From NCBI GenBank assembly GCA_028826165.1, contig JAPDFW010000104.1:162985-226984 (forward strand): 64,000 bases of DNA. Direction: 5' to 3'. This DNA comes from Anaeramoeba ignava BMAN. Lineage: Eukaryota; Protista; Anaeramoebae. The position numbers were made by a program, and so were the translations under genes. Every line of letters begins with the position of its first letter. Position 1 is the first letter of the stretch. A model generated the notes under the pieces. It was not told the DNA's origin and ran no database searches. It saw nothing but the letters and a program-made list of their open reading frames with translations. This document shows, in pieces, positions 13,771 through 26,630 of the stretch.

Positions 13771-14006
13771 CTTGTAATGAATTTGAAAGTAAAATTAAAA
13801 AAAAATATCCAACAATTACACCAACAATTTCACCATCAATTCTTCCATCAATTTCTCCAACAAATTCTTCAAAAGAACTTATAAGTGAAAAAACTATTAT
13901 TGGAACAGTAATAGGAACAATATCTTTAATAATTTTATGTTTTATTGGATATATAATTATTAAAAGAAAAAAAGAAAAAGAAGAAGAAAATGAAAATTTG
14001 AAATGA
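13722..14006 (+). CDS. Small type-I membrane protein with P/T/S stalk (divergent paralog B)
   Basis: Signal peptide, PTITPTISPS stalk, TM TIIGTVIGTISLIILCFIGYIII, basic stop-transfer KRKK. Confidence 0.75.
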   Translation: MFILNLILYLLIILFSTCNEFESKIKKKYPTITPTISPSILPSISPTNSSKELISEKTIIGTVIGTISLIILCFIGYIIIKRKKEKEEENENLK

Positions 14007-14117
14007 AAAAAAAAAGTAGAATTAGGGAAAATAATATTTTGGATTGAATTAAGAAAATTATAATTTAATTTTTCATTTTTCATTTTTCATTTTTTTCATT
14101 TTTTTATTTTTTATTAA

Positions 14118-14528
14118 ATGAAAATTAAAATTTTAAATTTAATTTTTTTAATCTTAATAATAATAACAATAAATTGTAAAGAAATAAAAGAAACACCAAC
14201 ACCAACACCTTCAATATCACCTTCACCTTCAATATCACCATCACCTTCTTCATCTACATCTAAAACAACAGCTCTAAGTGGAAAAGCACTTCTTGGAACA
14301 ATACTTGGTGTTGTAATTTTATTAATTTTATTTTGGATTGCTTATGTTGTTGTTAAAAAAAAGAAAGAAAAATATTTTGTTCCTGTTGGATCTATTAATG
14401 AACCTATTTTTGAAAGTTTTTCTGATGATGGTTTTGAACAAGATGGTGATTCTAAAAAAAAATCTCAAGGTTCTGATGATGATGAAAAAACTTATAGTGA
14501 ATCTGAATCAAATGAATTTAAAAATTAA
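14118..14528 (+). CDS. Small Pro/Thr/Ser-rich type-I membrane protein, paralog A2
   Basis: Intact ORF: signal, TPTPTPSISPSP stalk, TM, acidic tail nearly identical to A1. Confidence 0.85.
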   Translation: MKIKILNLIFLILIIITINCKEIKETPTPTPSISPSPSISPSPSSSTSKTTALSGKALLGTILGVVILLILFWIAYVVVKKKKEKYFVPVGSINEPIFESFSDDGFEQDGDSKKKSQGSDDDEKTYSESESNEFKN

Positions 14529-14602
14529 TTTTAAAATTTTTTTTGATTTAATTTTGATTTTTTAAAAAAAGAAAATAGTTTGTTATTTTTGTTCTTATTT
14601 CT

Positions 14603-16027
14603 TTATTTCTTTATTTCTTTAAGGAATTTAATTAAATTTAAAATAAAACCATTAATTATTATTAGTATAAATGAAATCAATCCAATTATAATATAAAATT
14701 TTTTCATTTTTTCTTTTCCATTTTTTTCATTTAAATTTTCAATTTTCGGAATAGAATCAATTTGGAAAGAATATTGGTAAATATTTGTAGTAAAATAACC
14801 AGTTTTTTCTGCATAAAAAAAAATAGAAATTTGAATTGAATTTAATTGATTATTTTCAATTTTAATTGATTTTTGATATTTTTCAAAACTTGAATTATCC
14901 AATGAATAAAAAATATTAGAATTATCAACTGCAGAATAAAGCGATATAACAGCAATTCCTGAATATTTTTTTTGATCAGGAATTGTAAAAAGTGGTGAAA
15001 GAGTTGGTAAAATAACATAAAAAAATTCAACAACTTCACTTGAATTACAACAAATTTGTTCACTTTCTGGATTTGGATCACCTTTAAAACCTTGAACAAA
15101 GACTGAATAATTTGTCATAACACCATTTACACATTCAATTAAAGGAGGGTTATCTGGATCAAAAGGGATTGATTGATTCATTTCTTTGTTAAAAGAATAA
15201 CGAATCAAAGAATTTTCAATTTCTGTTGAAAAATTCAATAACAATTTTTCTTGATAGAAACCACTTGGATTAGAAGATGTTGGTGTATCCACTTTTATTC
15301 TAACTTTTACTTGCAATTCTACAATATCAGAATCAATCATATCAATATGTGAACCATAAAAAGTTAAATTTGCTTTGATTGATCCAAAAATATATCATTT
15401 TCAAATAATTTAAAATTTAAATCAGTTGAATTATTATAATTCAATAGAAACATAATATTTGTATTCAATGTTTTGCAGTCCAAAATTACTTTAAGTCCAT
15501 TAGATAATTGAGTAAAATTATAAGTTATTTGATCCACTTTTTTTTTGATAATAAAATTTTTTGATATAAAATCACTTGGAATAAAATTTGAATCATTTGA
15601 AAAAGTTCTAAATGAAAAATAAATTTGAGTATTTATTGGATTTGATATGTTTAAAATTGAATTATTTTCAATTTCTTGATTATAAAATGAAGGAATTTTA
15701 TTGTGAATTGAAGAATTTGTAAAATGAATTGAACTTGAATTTAAATTTAAATTTGAATAATTATTTTCAATTTGAATTTGAATTAAAACATAATCAATAT
15801 AAATATTTGATTGATAATGAGTTGATGAATCAATTATAATATTTGGTTTTGGAAGAATTTGTAAACAATCTAATAAAAAATTTAAATTTAAAAAGAAAAT
15901 TAATTTTTGATCAATTTGATCAGAAAAAAATTTAATTTTAATTTTAATTTTTACTTGATTTTAAAAAGAAAAAATTAATTAATAAAATTAAATTAAAAAA
16001 AATAATTAATAAGTTTTCTTTTATCAT
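14603..16027 (-). CDS. Type-I surface protein with Fn3-associated/CHB_HEX_C-like repeats (intron ~15870-15954; frameshifts)
   Basis: Repeats of P..S..SG.Y...L.L......IRYS (KVDTPTSSNPSGFY..LIRYSF; PLFT..YSG..ISLYS..IFYSLD). C-terminal TM; hydrophobic N-terminus near 16027. Confidence 0.6.
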
Positions 16028-16125
16028 TTTAAATTTGTAATTAAAAAAAAAAGAAAGAAAAAAATGAAGAAAGAAAAAACAAAATTCCAAAAAAAAAAAA
16101 TTTTTTTCTTCTTTTCTTTTTTTTT

Positions 16126-17287
16126 TTAATCTTGTTTAAAATTATTATATAAATCTAAAATTAAATTTGTCATAATTTGTTGAGTTGATTCAGGAAGATC
16201 TTCATCAATACTTTTTCCAGGAATACCTGAATATATTTCAAATGGAGATATAACTGTATTTGGAGGAATAATAGTATTATCTAATATTTGACAACAATCA
16301 CTTAAAATAGCTCCTCTTCCCTTTTTAATTTTAATTTTAATTTTATAAATGAATTTTAATTTTAATTTTAATTTTAATTTTAATTTTAATTTTAATTTTA
16401 ATTTTAATTTTAATTTTAATTTTAATTTTAATTTTATTAATGAATTTTAATTTTAATTTTAATTTTAATTTTAATTTTAATTTTAATTTTAATTTTAATT
16501 TTAATTTTAATTTAAATTTTAATTTTAATTTTAATTTTAATTTAAATTTTAATTTTAAATTTAATTTTAATTTTTTAATTTTAATAAATTTTAATTTTAA
16601 TTTAATTTAATTTTAATTTTAATTTTAATTTTAATTTTAATTTTAATTTTAATTTTAATTTTAATTTTAATTTTAATTTTAATTTTAATTTTAATTTTAT
16701 AAATGAATTTTAATTTTAATTTTAATTTTAATTTTAATTTTAATTTTAATTTTAATTTTAATTTTAATTTTAATTTTAATTTTAATTTTAATTTTAATTT
16801 TAATTTTAATTTTAATTTTAATTTTAATTTTAATTTTAATTTTAATTTTAAATTTTAATTTTAATTTTAATTTTATAAATGAATTTTAATATAAATTGTA
16901 AATTAAATTGTAAATGAATTTGTAAAATGAATAAGCTACAATAACACAATTTTTTCCAATAGAAACAAAAGAACCAATTTGAGCAGCAGAAATAACAGAA
17001 TTTTCTTGAATCCAAACAAAATTACCAAAAGAAACAGAATAATAAGTAAGACCTGATTTAGATTTTGCAAAAGGAGGATGAATAACAACATTTTCATCAA
17101 TAATACAAAAATTTCCCAATTTAATTTGTGCTAAATCTCCTCTTAAAATTGCTCCTTTTTTTACTATACAACTTCCTGCTGCATTAATAAATTGTGCTCC
17201 ATATAATTTTGATTCTTTTGATAATATTGTTCCTGTTGATGTTTTAAATAATACTTCTTTTGGATAAAATACTTCTTCAACTTCCAT
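16126..17287 (-). CDS. DCTN5: Dynactin subunit 5 (p25); exons 16940-17287 and 16126-16320
   Basis: Hexapeptide beta-helix ILRGDLA.IKLGNFC..AAQIGSFVSIGKNCVI|GRGAILSDCCQILDNTIIPP..DLPESTQ. GT-AG intron 16321-16939. Confidence 0.92.
16321..16890. repeat. (TTTTAA)n microsatellite with ATAAATGAAT interruptions, filling the DCTN5 intron
   Basis: Direct reading. Confidence 0.95.
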
Positions 17288-17399
17288 TTTAAAAAAATGA
17301 AAAAAATGAAAAAAAATTTAAACACTTTTTTTATTAAAAAATTCAATAATAATAAAAAATATTTTTAATTTAATTTTATAAATGAATTTTGAATCGAAA

Positions 17400-20300
17400 T
17401 TAAAAATATAATATGATTGGTATCTTTAAATTCTTCTTTAAATCAATTATTATAGAAATTAAAATATCTTCTAATTCAATCCTTTTCTTTTTACTAGAAA
17501 TTAATTTTAATATTGAAACTTGCTTTTTACTTATATATTTCAAAACTTGAATATTAGAATTACTTGGGATAACTATCATTTTAAATTCCATTTCACATAA
17601 TATTATCAAATATAAAATTTCTGTTATTGATAAAAGTTCAGAAAATGGAACAACAATAACTGCAAATTCTTCTTCTTCTTTAATTTGTTTTTTAATTAAA
17701 TCTTTAAATTCTTTTTTATCAACTTTAAATTCTTTTGCATCAATTGATACCATAAATTTCATCTTTTTAAATGTTGGAAAAAAGAAAATCCCATTTTTTT
17801 TCATAATTTCTTTTGTTGTTTCTTCTTTACTTCCAAATTCATTGATATGATATAAAAATTCTTGAAAACATCCAATTTGAATTTCTTTGTTTTTTGTTTT
17901 TTCTTTTGATTTCTTAACTGAATGAACAACAAAATATTTGGGTTGTTTTAATTTTATGTTTTTCTTTAAAATAGCTTCATAAACATCAGAATTTTGATCA
18001 ATTGATTTTTGAATTCTTCGATTTCTGTAAATTTCTTGAATTTGTTCATTTGTAAAATTCCATATTGAAAATACTCTTGTTATAAAAAATTCGTAAATAG
18101 TTTCCCACGGTATAACTTGAATCCATTTACTGCAAACAAGAATATTGATATCTTCTTCTTTTTCCATTTGATTTCTTCTTAAAACTTCCTCCATAAGTTT
18201 GCTTATTGATGAAAATTGTTCTTTAAAATTTATTAAATCTTCATATTTATTTTCTAAATTAGATTCTCCAATTCCTGTTATAATTGATTCAAGTAATTTG
18301 ATTTGTTCTTCTTTTAAAATTTCAATTTTTCCTTGATTTTTTATAATCTTGTTTTCTTTCTCTTCGTTAATTTTTGCTGATATTTCATTATCATCATCAA
18401 TTAGAAAATCGTTTAAATCATCATCATCATCACTATCAGAAAGTGTAATTTTCCCATTAAAACTTTGATCAAAATCAAAATCATCTTCAGATTTGTGTTT
18501 TTTCATTTCTTCAACTTCTTTTTGTATTAATTTGCTTCCAAATCTTGTTATACTTTTAATTCCAAGAACTGGAACATATCCAATCAATAAATCATCAACT
18601 AACAATAAAAACACAATTTGTTTCAATTTTGGTTGAATTTGGGTTAAAATGGAATAGGAAAATAATGGTGATATTTTTTCATATTCTTGATCATCTTTTG
18701 CTTTTTCAATATCTTCATGTTCATTCAAAAATTTATTCAAATAAAAATTTGGTGTTCTTAATAATTCTGTTATTTTAACAAGTTGATTCAACAATAATTT
18801 GTTGCTTTCAATAATTTCTTCATTGCTTTGATTCCCAAGTAATTGATTTGCTTTGTTTACTTTGATTCCATATAATAATCTCCATATTGTTTCAGAAACA
18901 TTTGTGGAAACATTTCCAAATTCATTTGTTTTTCACTTGAGAAATCTGATGAAATATTTGTTTCATCATCTTGAAGCATCATAGAATCATATGATAATTT
19001 TCTTGGACTTTGGAATGAAAATCTACTTTTCATTTTCTCAAGTTTTTCTTTTGAAATTTTTTTGTTTTTCTTGGTGTTTTTTTGTTCTTTAATATTGAAA
19101 TCAATATCAAAAATTTCTGAAGTAAGTTCTTTGCGATATTCATGAATACTTCTTTCTTTGGCAATATAAACTTCTAATTGAAATGATATATATGAATCAA
19201 TAACGAGAATATTATTTGATATCATTTCTGCTTCCATACAGAATAAAAATCGAATCATTCTTTTGATTATTCTGTATAATTTGCCAAGAACACAAAATGG
19301 AACATTTGTTGTTAGAAAATTATCATTTCCATTCATAAAAAGATTGAAAAATAAATTTCTGCATTCAATCCAAAACTCTTTTGCTAATTTGGTGTTTTTT
19401 TGTAAATATTTCAATTCTGCTAAACTTAAATATGATCTTAAAACTAAAAATGGAAGGAAAAATTTGGTGGAAATTTCAATACTTTGAACTGCATAACCTT
19501 CTATTAATCCAAGTGTTATTTTATTTTTTTTGGGAATTCCTTCAGTTGGAATAGTTTTTTTTTGTTTGAGATTTGCATCATTATCATCATCATCACCAAT
19601 AATTAATTCTTCAGATAAATTACTTTTTTGTGTTCTTTCTTTTTCTTCATATTTACTTTTAATATCCAAATTTAATACATAATTTAAATCTTCTCCAAAA
19701 ATTGCTACATTTGGGAAAATATATTCCAATAATATTTCTGAAATTTTATTGCATGATTTCCCAATTAAAAATTGATTTCCGGTTTTTTTGTTATAGAAAT
19801 TAGATTTTTGGAATGAATTAAATGCTTTGCAAACAATTTCTTTGCGATTATTAAATAATGTTTTTTCTTTTGCAGTTTTTGGTATAAATTCATCAAATTT
19901 GGTTAATTTTTCTCTTGGGAAACTAATTTCCACTTTCAATGGGAATTGTTGATGATATGAATTTGTAAATAATTTTTCATATATTTTGCCTTTAATAAGA
20001 TGATATTTGCCAAGTGTTGCAATATTATCTTTTGAAAGAAGTTTAATTCCTGAATCAATCCAAAACAATGCATCTCCAAAATTTCTGTTTTTGTAATTCA
20101 TTCTTGCAGATAATTCAATATATTTTTGTCGATTTCTCATTTGATTATATTTAAATGAATTTGTTCTAACTCTTTATAAATGGTCTGAAAACTGGTTCAT
20201 TTTCTGTAAATTCATCTGAATTAAATTCAAATGGATTTGGGTTTTTATTTTCATTTTTCATTTCATAATATTTGCTAATTTCTTGTTGAACAGTAACTAA

Positions 20301-23300
20301 TTTTGGATTTCTAACATGACCTGTTGAATAAGTTCTACTCATTCTTCTTTCTTTTTTTAATTTGTTATAATTTTCATCAAAAACATTATTAATAGAACTT
20401 TTATTTCGATAACTTTCAAAATTATTTGGATTTTCAATTTTGGAAATTTCTTCATTTTCATATTCTTTTAAACATTCAATTCCTTCATTAAACCATCCTT
20501 TTTTCATATAAACTTTGGCAAGAAGAATAAATGTATCTGATTTAAGTGCAATAGGTAAAGAAATGCTTGTTAAAAATCTCAGCAATGTAATCGCTTTTTC
20601 AATTTCAAGTCCTTTCAAAAGAATTTCTGAAAGAGTAAGTTGTAAACTAACATATTGTGAATTTAATTGTTTGAAACTGTTTGATTTTGATACTTCAAAA
20701 TTAAGAAATGTTGATACTTCTTGAACAAGTTGTTTGGCTTGTTGGAATTCTCCAAGTAAAACAAGAATTTTAGTCATAACTTCACATACAAAAACAACTT
20801 CATTAACTTTCTTTTCTTTTCTCATTCCTCTTAATATTTGATAATAATATTTCAATGAGTTTTTCAAATCGTTATTTTCATAACAAATTACTGCCATTTT
20901 ATTAAGTAATCGTGAATATTTTGTTTTATCAATAACTTTGAGTATTTCTAATGCATTTTCAAGTGCTAATAATGCATATTTATATTTTGAATTCACAAGT
21001 AATGAATCTGCAAATACCATAAGTGAATTAGCTCCAAATTCTGAAATTATTGGATTTAAAATCATTGATCTGTAAAAATTTTGTTGTTGATTTTCATTGT
21101 TACTTTTCTTTATACTTCTTTTTGAAGCAAATCTTTTTCTTGTTGATTCTGTTGATTTATAATTTTCTGTAATTTTATTCCCAATTTTCTCAAATATCAT
21201 AATAACTTCCATAAGTATTTGATCTGCTTTATGGAAATGTTCTGAATTTAAATAATAAATTCCTATTGTGTATCCTAATTTAATTCTCATAATTGCTTCT
21301 TTATAATCATATAATGATAATTTCATGCAAATTCCAAGTAATTTTTGCATTCTATATTCTTCATTTATTGCAATTTTTTTATTGATCGATTTCATAATTT
21401 GAATCCAATTTACATCTGCACTAATTAAATTCATATCAGCATTAAAAATTTTCAAATGTAATTGGTGAAATGAAGTTAATTGTTAATTGTAAATCAGCTA
21501 AAAGCATTTCCTTTTAACCAAATAACTTTTTATTTTTAAAATTAATATAAAATTTATTTCTTAAATTTTTAAAATTAATTACTTTCTTTTTCATTTTTCT
21601 TTTTCAGGATTTTCATTTAATATAATTTTTGATTCTTTATAAATTGAACATATTCTTCAATTATTGATTGATATCCAATATCTTGAATTTCATCAAAATT
21701 ATGTGAATTATATTCATTAAGAATAAGATCAAAAACTAATAAATTTGAATTTGGATGAATATTTTGAACTTTTTGAAGTAAATCTAGAAATGAAGAAGCT
21801 GAATCTGTAGTTGTTGCATATTTTCTTAATAAATTAATAGATATATCAAATAAATTAATAGATTCAAATTCTGTTAAATCTTTTGTTAATTCATAATATT
21901 CAAAAAATTTCTTAATAACTTCATTTGCTTCATTTATTTTCTTTTCATAAACAAGCATTTCTACAATTTCAACATATAAAAATCCTGATTCTTGATTAAT
22001 CTAAATTTTTTGAAAAATAAATTTAAATTATTATTTATTAAAAAACACAAATAATAAATAACTAACTTCTTTTATATTTTTAATAAAATCTTGAGTATTA
22101 ATTTTTTGAATTTCATTGTAATTTTCATTCCATTTTGTTAAAAAATCTTTAACTAAATTTTTCATCCAAATATTAAATGTTTCATTTGTAAACATTTTTC
22201 TAATTTTGCCCATAAAGACATTATAATAGGTGGTCTTTGATATTTAACAACATAAATAAATGATTTAATTTGATTTATAATTTTCCATTTATCTGGAAAT
22301 TTTTGATTATTTTCATCATCTTCAAGCTTATTTTTAAAAATTTAAATTATTAATAAATTTTTAATAAATTATTTAAATTATTTTTACAATTTTTAATAAA
22401 TTTCCTAATTTCATTGAATGATTATCATTTATATTTTCATTATTTTCAGCTTTAGATATTTCTTCATCCCAATCACTTTCATTCATTCACTTTCACTTTT
22501 ACTTTCTATTATAATTTCTGTAGTTTTTCTTTTCAACTAAAATTTAAATTCAAATTTTTAATTTCATTTTCTTTTAATTTTTGATTTTTGATTTTTTATT
22601 TAATACTTCATTTTGTTCTTCTTCAATTTTTCAAGTAATTTTTCTGATCTTTGAGTATAAGAAATTTTATTACAAAATTTAGAATATCTAATTGATAATT
22701 CAAGGAAATTTTTGATAATAATTGATGAGAAGGATTTTTGAAATTGAAGAAAAGAATTAGCAATATAATAACAATTTTTGGAATAAAATAAATAATCTTT
22801 CTTTTCAAATAATGAAGAGAATTCTCTTGTATTTAATTTGACTGTATATTTTCTAAAATCGAATTTTTGTTTTATTTTGTTTTGATTGTTTAAGATTTCC
22901 TAATAAACTTCTTTTGAGTTTTTCCTTTTAAATATTTTTGATTTTGAATGAGTTTTTATGCTTTTTCAAAATTATTCAAAGCTTCATTATATTTTCTTTG
23001 ATTTTGTTGAATAATTCCATTTCTAATTCAATATAACCTTTTAATTTCAATTTATCATGTAAAATTTGCTGATTCAATTGCAATTTGAAGTAATTCAAAT
23101 GATTCATCAAATAATTTTTCCTTAATAATTGTGAATATTTGATTCTATTTTTAATTTCCAAATTAATACAAAGTTCTTTCATTCTGTTTAAATGTATTTT
23201 ATTTTTAGGATTATTATTTAAATTTTTCTCTATAATTTGTTGAATATTTGCCAATAATTCAATTGATTTTTTAAATAATTCTTCTGCTTTTTGATAATCT

Positions 23301-24254
23301 TTATTTTTTTTAGATAAAATTCCATTTTCATAATTTTGTTTTGCATCTTCAAATTTAATCTATTTATTTTAAAAAATTTTAATTTGAAAAAATTTTGAAT
23401 TTAATTTTAATATAAATAAAAAATACTCTTATTTTGGATTTTTTTATTGTTGGTCTATGTTTTCTTTTTGTTATTTTTTGTTCAATAACTGCTTTTGGTT
23501 CTATTTTTATTTTCAATTTTAAATTAATTTTCTTAATTTTTTAATTTTTTTAATTTTTTAAATTTTACCTGGTAATATTTCAATTAATTCTTTTAAAATT
23601 TTAAATTTAATTTGAACTGTTGATATAAAAGACTTAATTGCTTTTTAAATTAAATTCTTTTTAAATAAAAATAAATTAATTAAATTTTTAAAAGGTTTTT
23701 AAATAAAAATTCCAAACTTTCTATATTATTTTGATTTTGAGAATGAGCTTGTTTAAATTTTTGTTTTTATTTAAATTATTATTATTTAATTCTTTATTTG
23801 ATTCTTTATCAGATCCAAAATCAAAATCATCATCCCAATATTCTTCTTTATCAGCAGTATTAGCAGAAACTCCAACAATTGAGTATTTTATTAGGGATTA
23901 AATGATTGATGTTTTATTTTTAAAGTTTGATTTTTTTGATTTTTAATTTGATTTTAATTTTGATTTTTGATTTTGATTTTGATTTTGATTTTTGATTTTG
24001 ATTTTTGATTTTGATTTTGATTTTGATTTTTAATTTTGATTTTCAATTTGATTTTGATTTTGATTTTGATTTTGATTTTTTTGATTTTGATTTTGATTTT
24101 TTGATTTTGATTTTGATTTTGATTTTGATTTTGATTTTCAATTTGATTTTCATCATCTGATTCTAAATTAAGATCAAAAAGAATCAAAAAGAATCTTCTT
24201 CTGCATAAAGTTTTAATTTATTTTTAACGTTTCTTGACTTAATTTATTTGTCAT
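17400..24254 (-). CDS. Very large multi-exon helical-repeat (TPR-like) protein with a C-terminal CHAT/separase-like motif; fragmented by frameshifts
   Basis: Co-oriented ORF pieces 17400-18794, 18857-20140, 20166-21455 and upstream fragments, joined by frameshifts and short introns. TPR-like helices (LLAKVYMKKGWFNEGIECL); motif LVCSKWIQVIPWE..ITRVFS. ATG at 24254. Confidence 0.55.
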
Positions 24255-24309
24255 TAAAAATAAAAATTAAATAAAAAGAAAAATGAAAAATGAAAAATTT
24301 CATTTTTTT

Positions 24310-26499
24310 TTAAACGAAATTAATATTCATTTTATTTTTGTTCTGATTCAATAAATTCTTTTTTGCTAAATCACTTGGTAATTCTTTTATTGCTCTCCAA
24401 TAAATTGTACTTGATGATTTAAATTGATTTTGTTTCTTTTCAAATTCAATAAAATCTTGCCAAATTTTCCAATTATTTTTACCAAATTTTTCAATTAATT
24501 CTTGATATATTTTTCTTATATATTCTTCTTTTTCTTTTTCTTTTTCATCTTTTGTTTTTGTATTTTTCAAGAGAAATACATTCTTTTAAAAATTTATTCC
24601 ATTTCCTGGTAAATTAATAATTTTCTTAACTTCTTTTCTTGCTTCTTTGATTTTAAAATTGAAATATAACCATCTTATTATTATTATTTTAATTTCTTCA
24701 ATTTCATTAATAATTTTAATTGAATATAAAAATGAATTGAAATATTCCCAAAATATCTTAATTATTTTTCTTTTTGGAAATTCAATTGAAATCATTAATT
24801 TGAAAAATATTTTCCATAAAATTGCTTCAGATTCTTCATTTTCTTTTATAGAAATATTTTTATTGTTTGATATAAAATATCAATAAGTTTTTCTTTGTAA
24901 TTTTGATTTTCTTTTGATTTGAATAGAAAAGGATAATTTGGATCAATTAAATATAATTTAGAAATTAATTGAATGTATTTTTGCTAACTTGAATTGTAAT
25001 TTCAAATTTATTTTGGTTTGAAATTGCTTCTTCAATAATTTCAACTGCTTTTTAATATTTCTTGATGATAAAAAGAAATCAATAACTTCAAGAAGTAAAT
25101 TTGAATCAATTTTGTTTAATGATTGGAAAGCTTTTTGTAATAAACGTTTGGAAATTGTTTAAAATAGAATTGATTAATTCATTGTTTGTAATTTTTGTAA
25201 CAGAAAGAATCTTTTTATGGAATAAAATGTAATATTTCCAAATTTCTAATGAATTGTTTTTTTCAAGTATTTTTTGATAATTTTCTTTTGCAAATTCGAA
25301 TGATTTTTTAAATTCATTTTCATTTTGTAATTTTTTCAATATAATCTCATCAAAATATCTTTCAGAAATCAACATGAATTGTTTTGGTAAATTTGGGAAA
25401 TCATTTTGAATACTTTGATAAATTTCATCAATTAATGAATCTGAATTAGAGAAAGTTCTTGATATTGGGATAAAATCAGCTCTAAATTGAATATCATTTG
25501 AGATTTTTTCAATAGCATTTTTGAATATAATTTTTGGAATTGCAAAATTAAGGAAATTTTTTAATTGTTGAGAATGTTTTTGAGGTTTTAAAGAATTATT
25601 ATCTAAATTAAGGATATTTTCATCATCTTTTTGTAAAGCATTTTCAATTTCATTTTTTCATTTTCAATTTGATTTTGATTTTGATTTTGATTTTCATTTT
25701 GATTTTTTTTTTCATTTTTGATTTTTGATTTTGATTTTCATTTTCATTTTCATTTTCATTTTCATTTTCATTTTCATTTTCATTTTCATTTTCATTTTCA
25801 TTTTCATTTTCATTTTCATTTTCATTTTCATTTTCATTTTCATTTTCATTTTCATTTAATCTTTTACTCATTTGATCAACATAAATACATTCCATTCTAA
25901 AATATTCATGCCATAATTTTTTTGAATTTGGAATTGTTTTCAAAGCACGTTGAAGAATTTTTCTTGAAGTATTCATGTTTAAATTATTTTCAAATTCAAA
26001 ACTAGCAGATAAAATCCAAAGATCTTCATTTTCTGGATGAAATTGAAGAGAATTTGCATAAATTTGACTTATTTTCTTATTATTATTAATTTTTTTGCAA
26101 TATTGAATAAATTGAAGAACAAATCTAAGATCATTTGGAAATCTTTTTAATAGCTCTTTTGAAATAAATTATAAATTTTTCTATTTATTTATTTAAATTA
26201 ATTTTTATTTTAATTTTTAATTTAAAATTTTTAATTTATTTTTTCTACTTTCAAAATCATATTGAGATTTCTTTTTAATTTGTGATCTTTCTTTTAATCT
26301 TTTTCTTTTAAAATTTCTAAATTCATTTCATATATTGAATATAATAAAGAAAATCTATTTTTGATTTTTCTTGTAATTTGATATTCAAATTTTTCTTTTT
26401 ATTAAAAATTTTTAAAATTTCTTCTTTATTAAAAATTCTCTTTTCTAAATATTCAAGTTCAGGAACCATTTCTTCTAATTTTTGAATAATTTCTGCCAT
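24310..26499 (-). CDS. UTP6: U3 snoRNA-associated protein 6 (HAT repeats); frameshifts in this assembly
   Basis: MAEIIQKLEEMVPELEYLE.., RFPNDLRF..QFHPENEDLWILSASFEFENNLNMNTSRKILQRALK..LWHEYFRMEC. Confidence 0.85.
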
Positions 26500-26630
26500 T
26501 TTCTATTTTCTATTTTCTATTTTCTATTTTATTTATTTAAAAGAAAAATGAAAAATTTTTAATTTTTCTTTTTCATTTTTCTTTTTAAAATTTTTTAAAT
26601 TTTCTTTATTAATTAATAATAATAATAATA

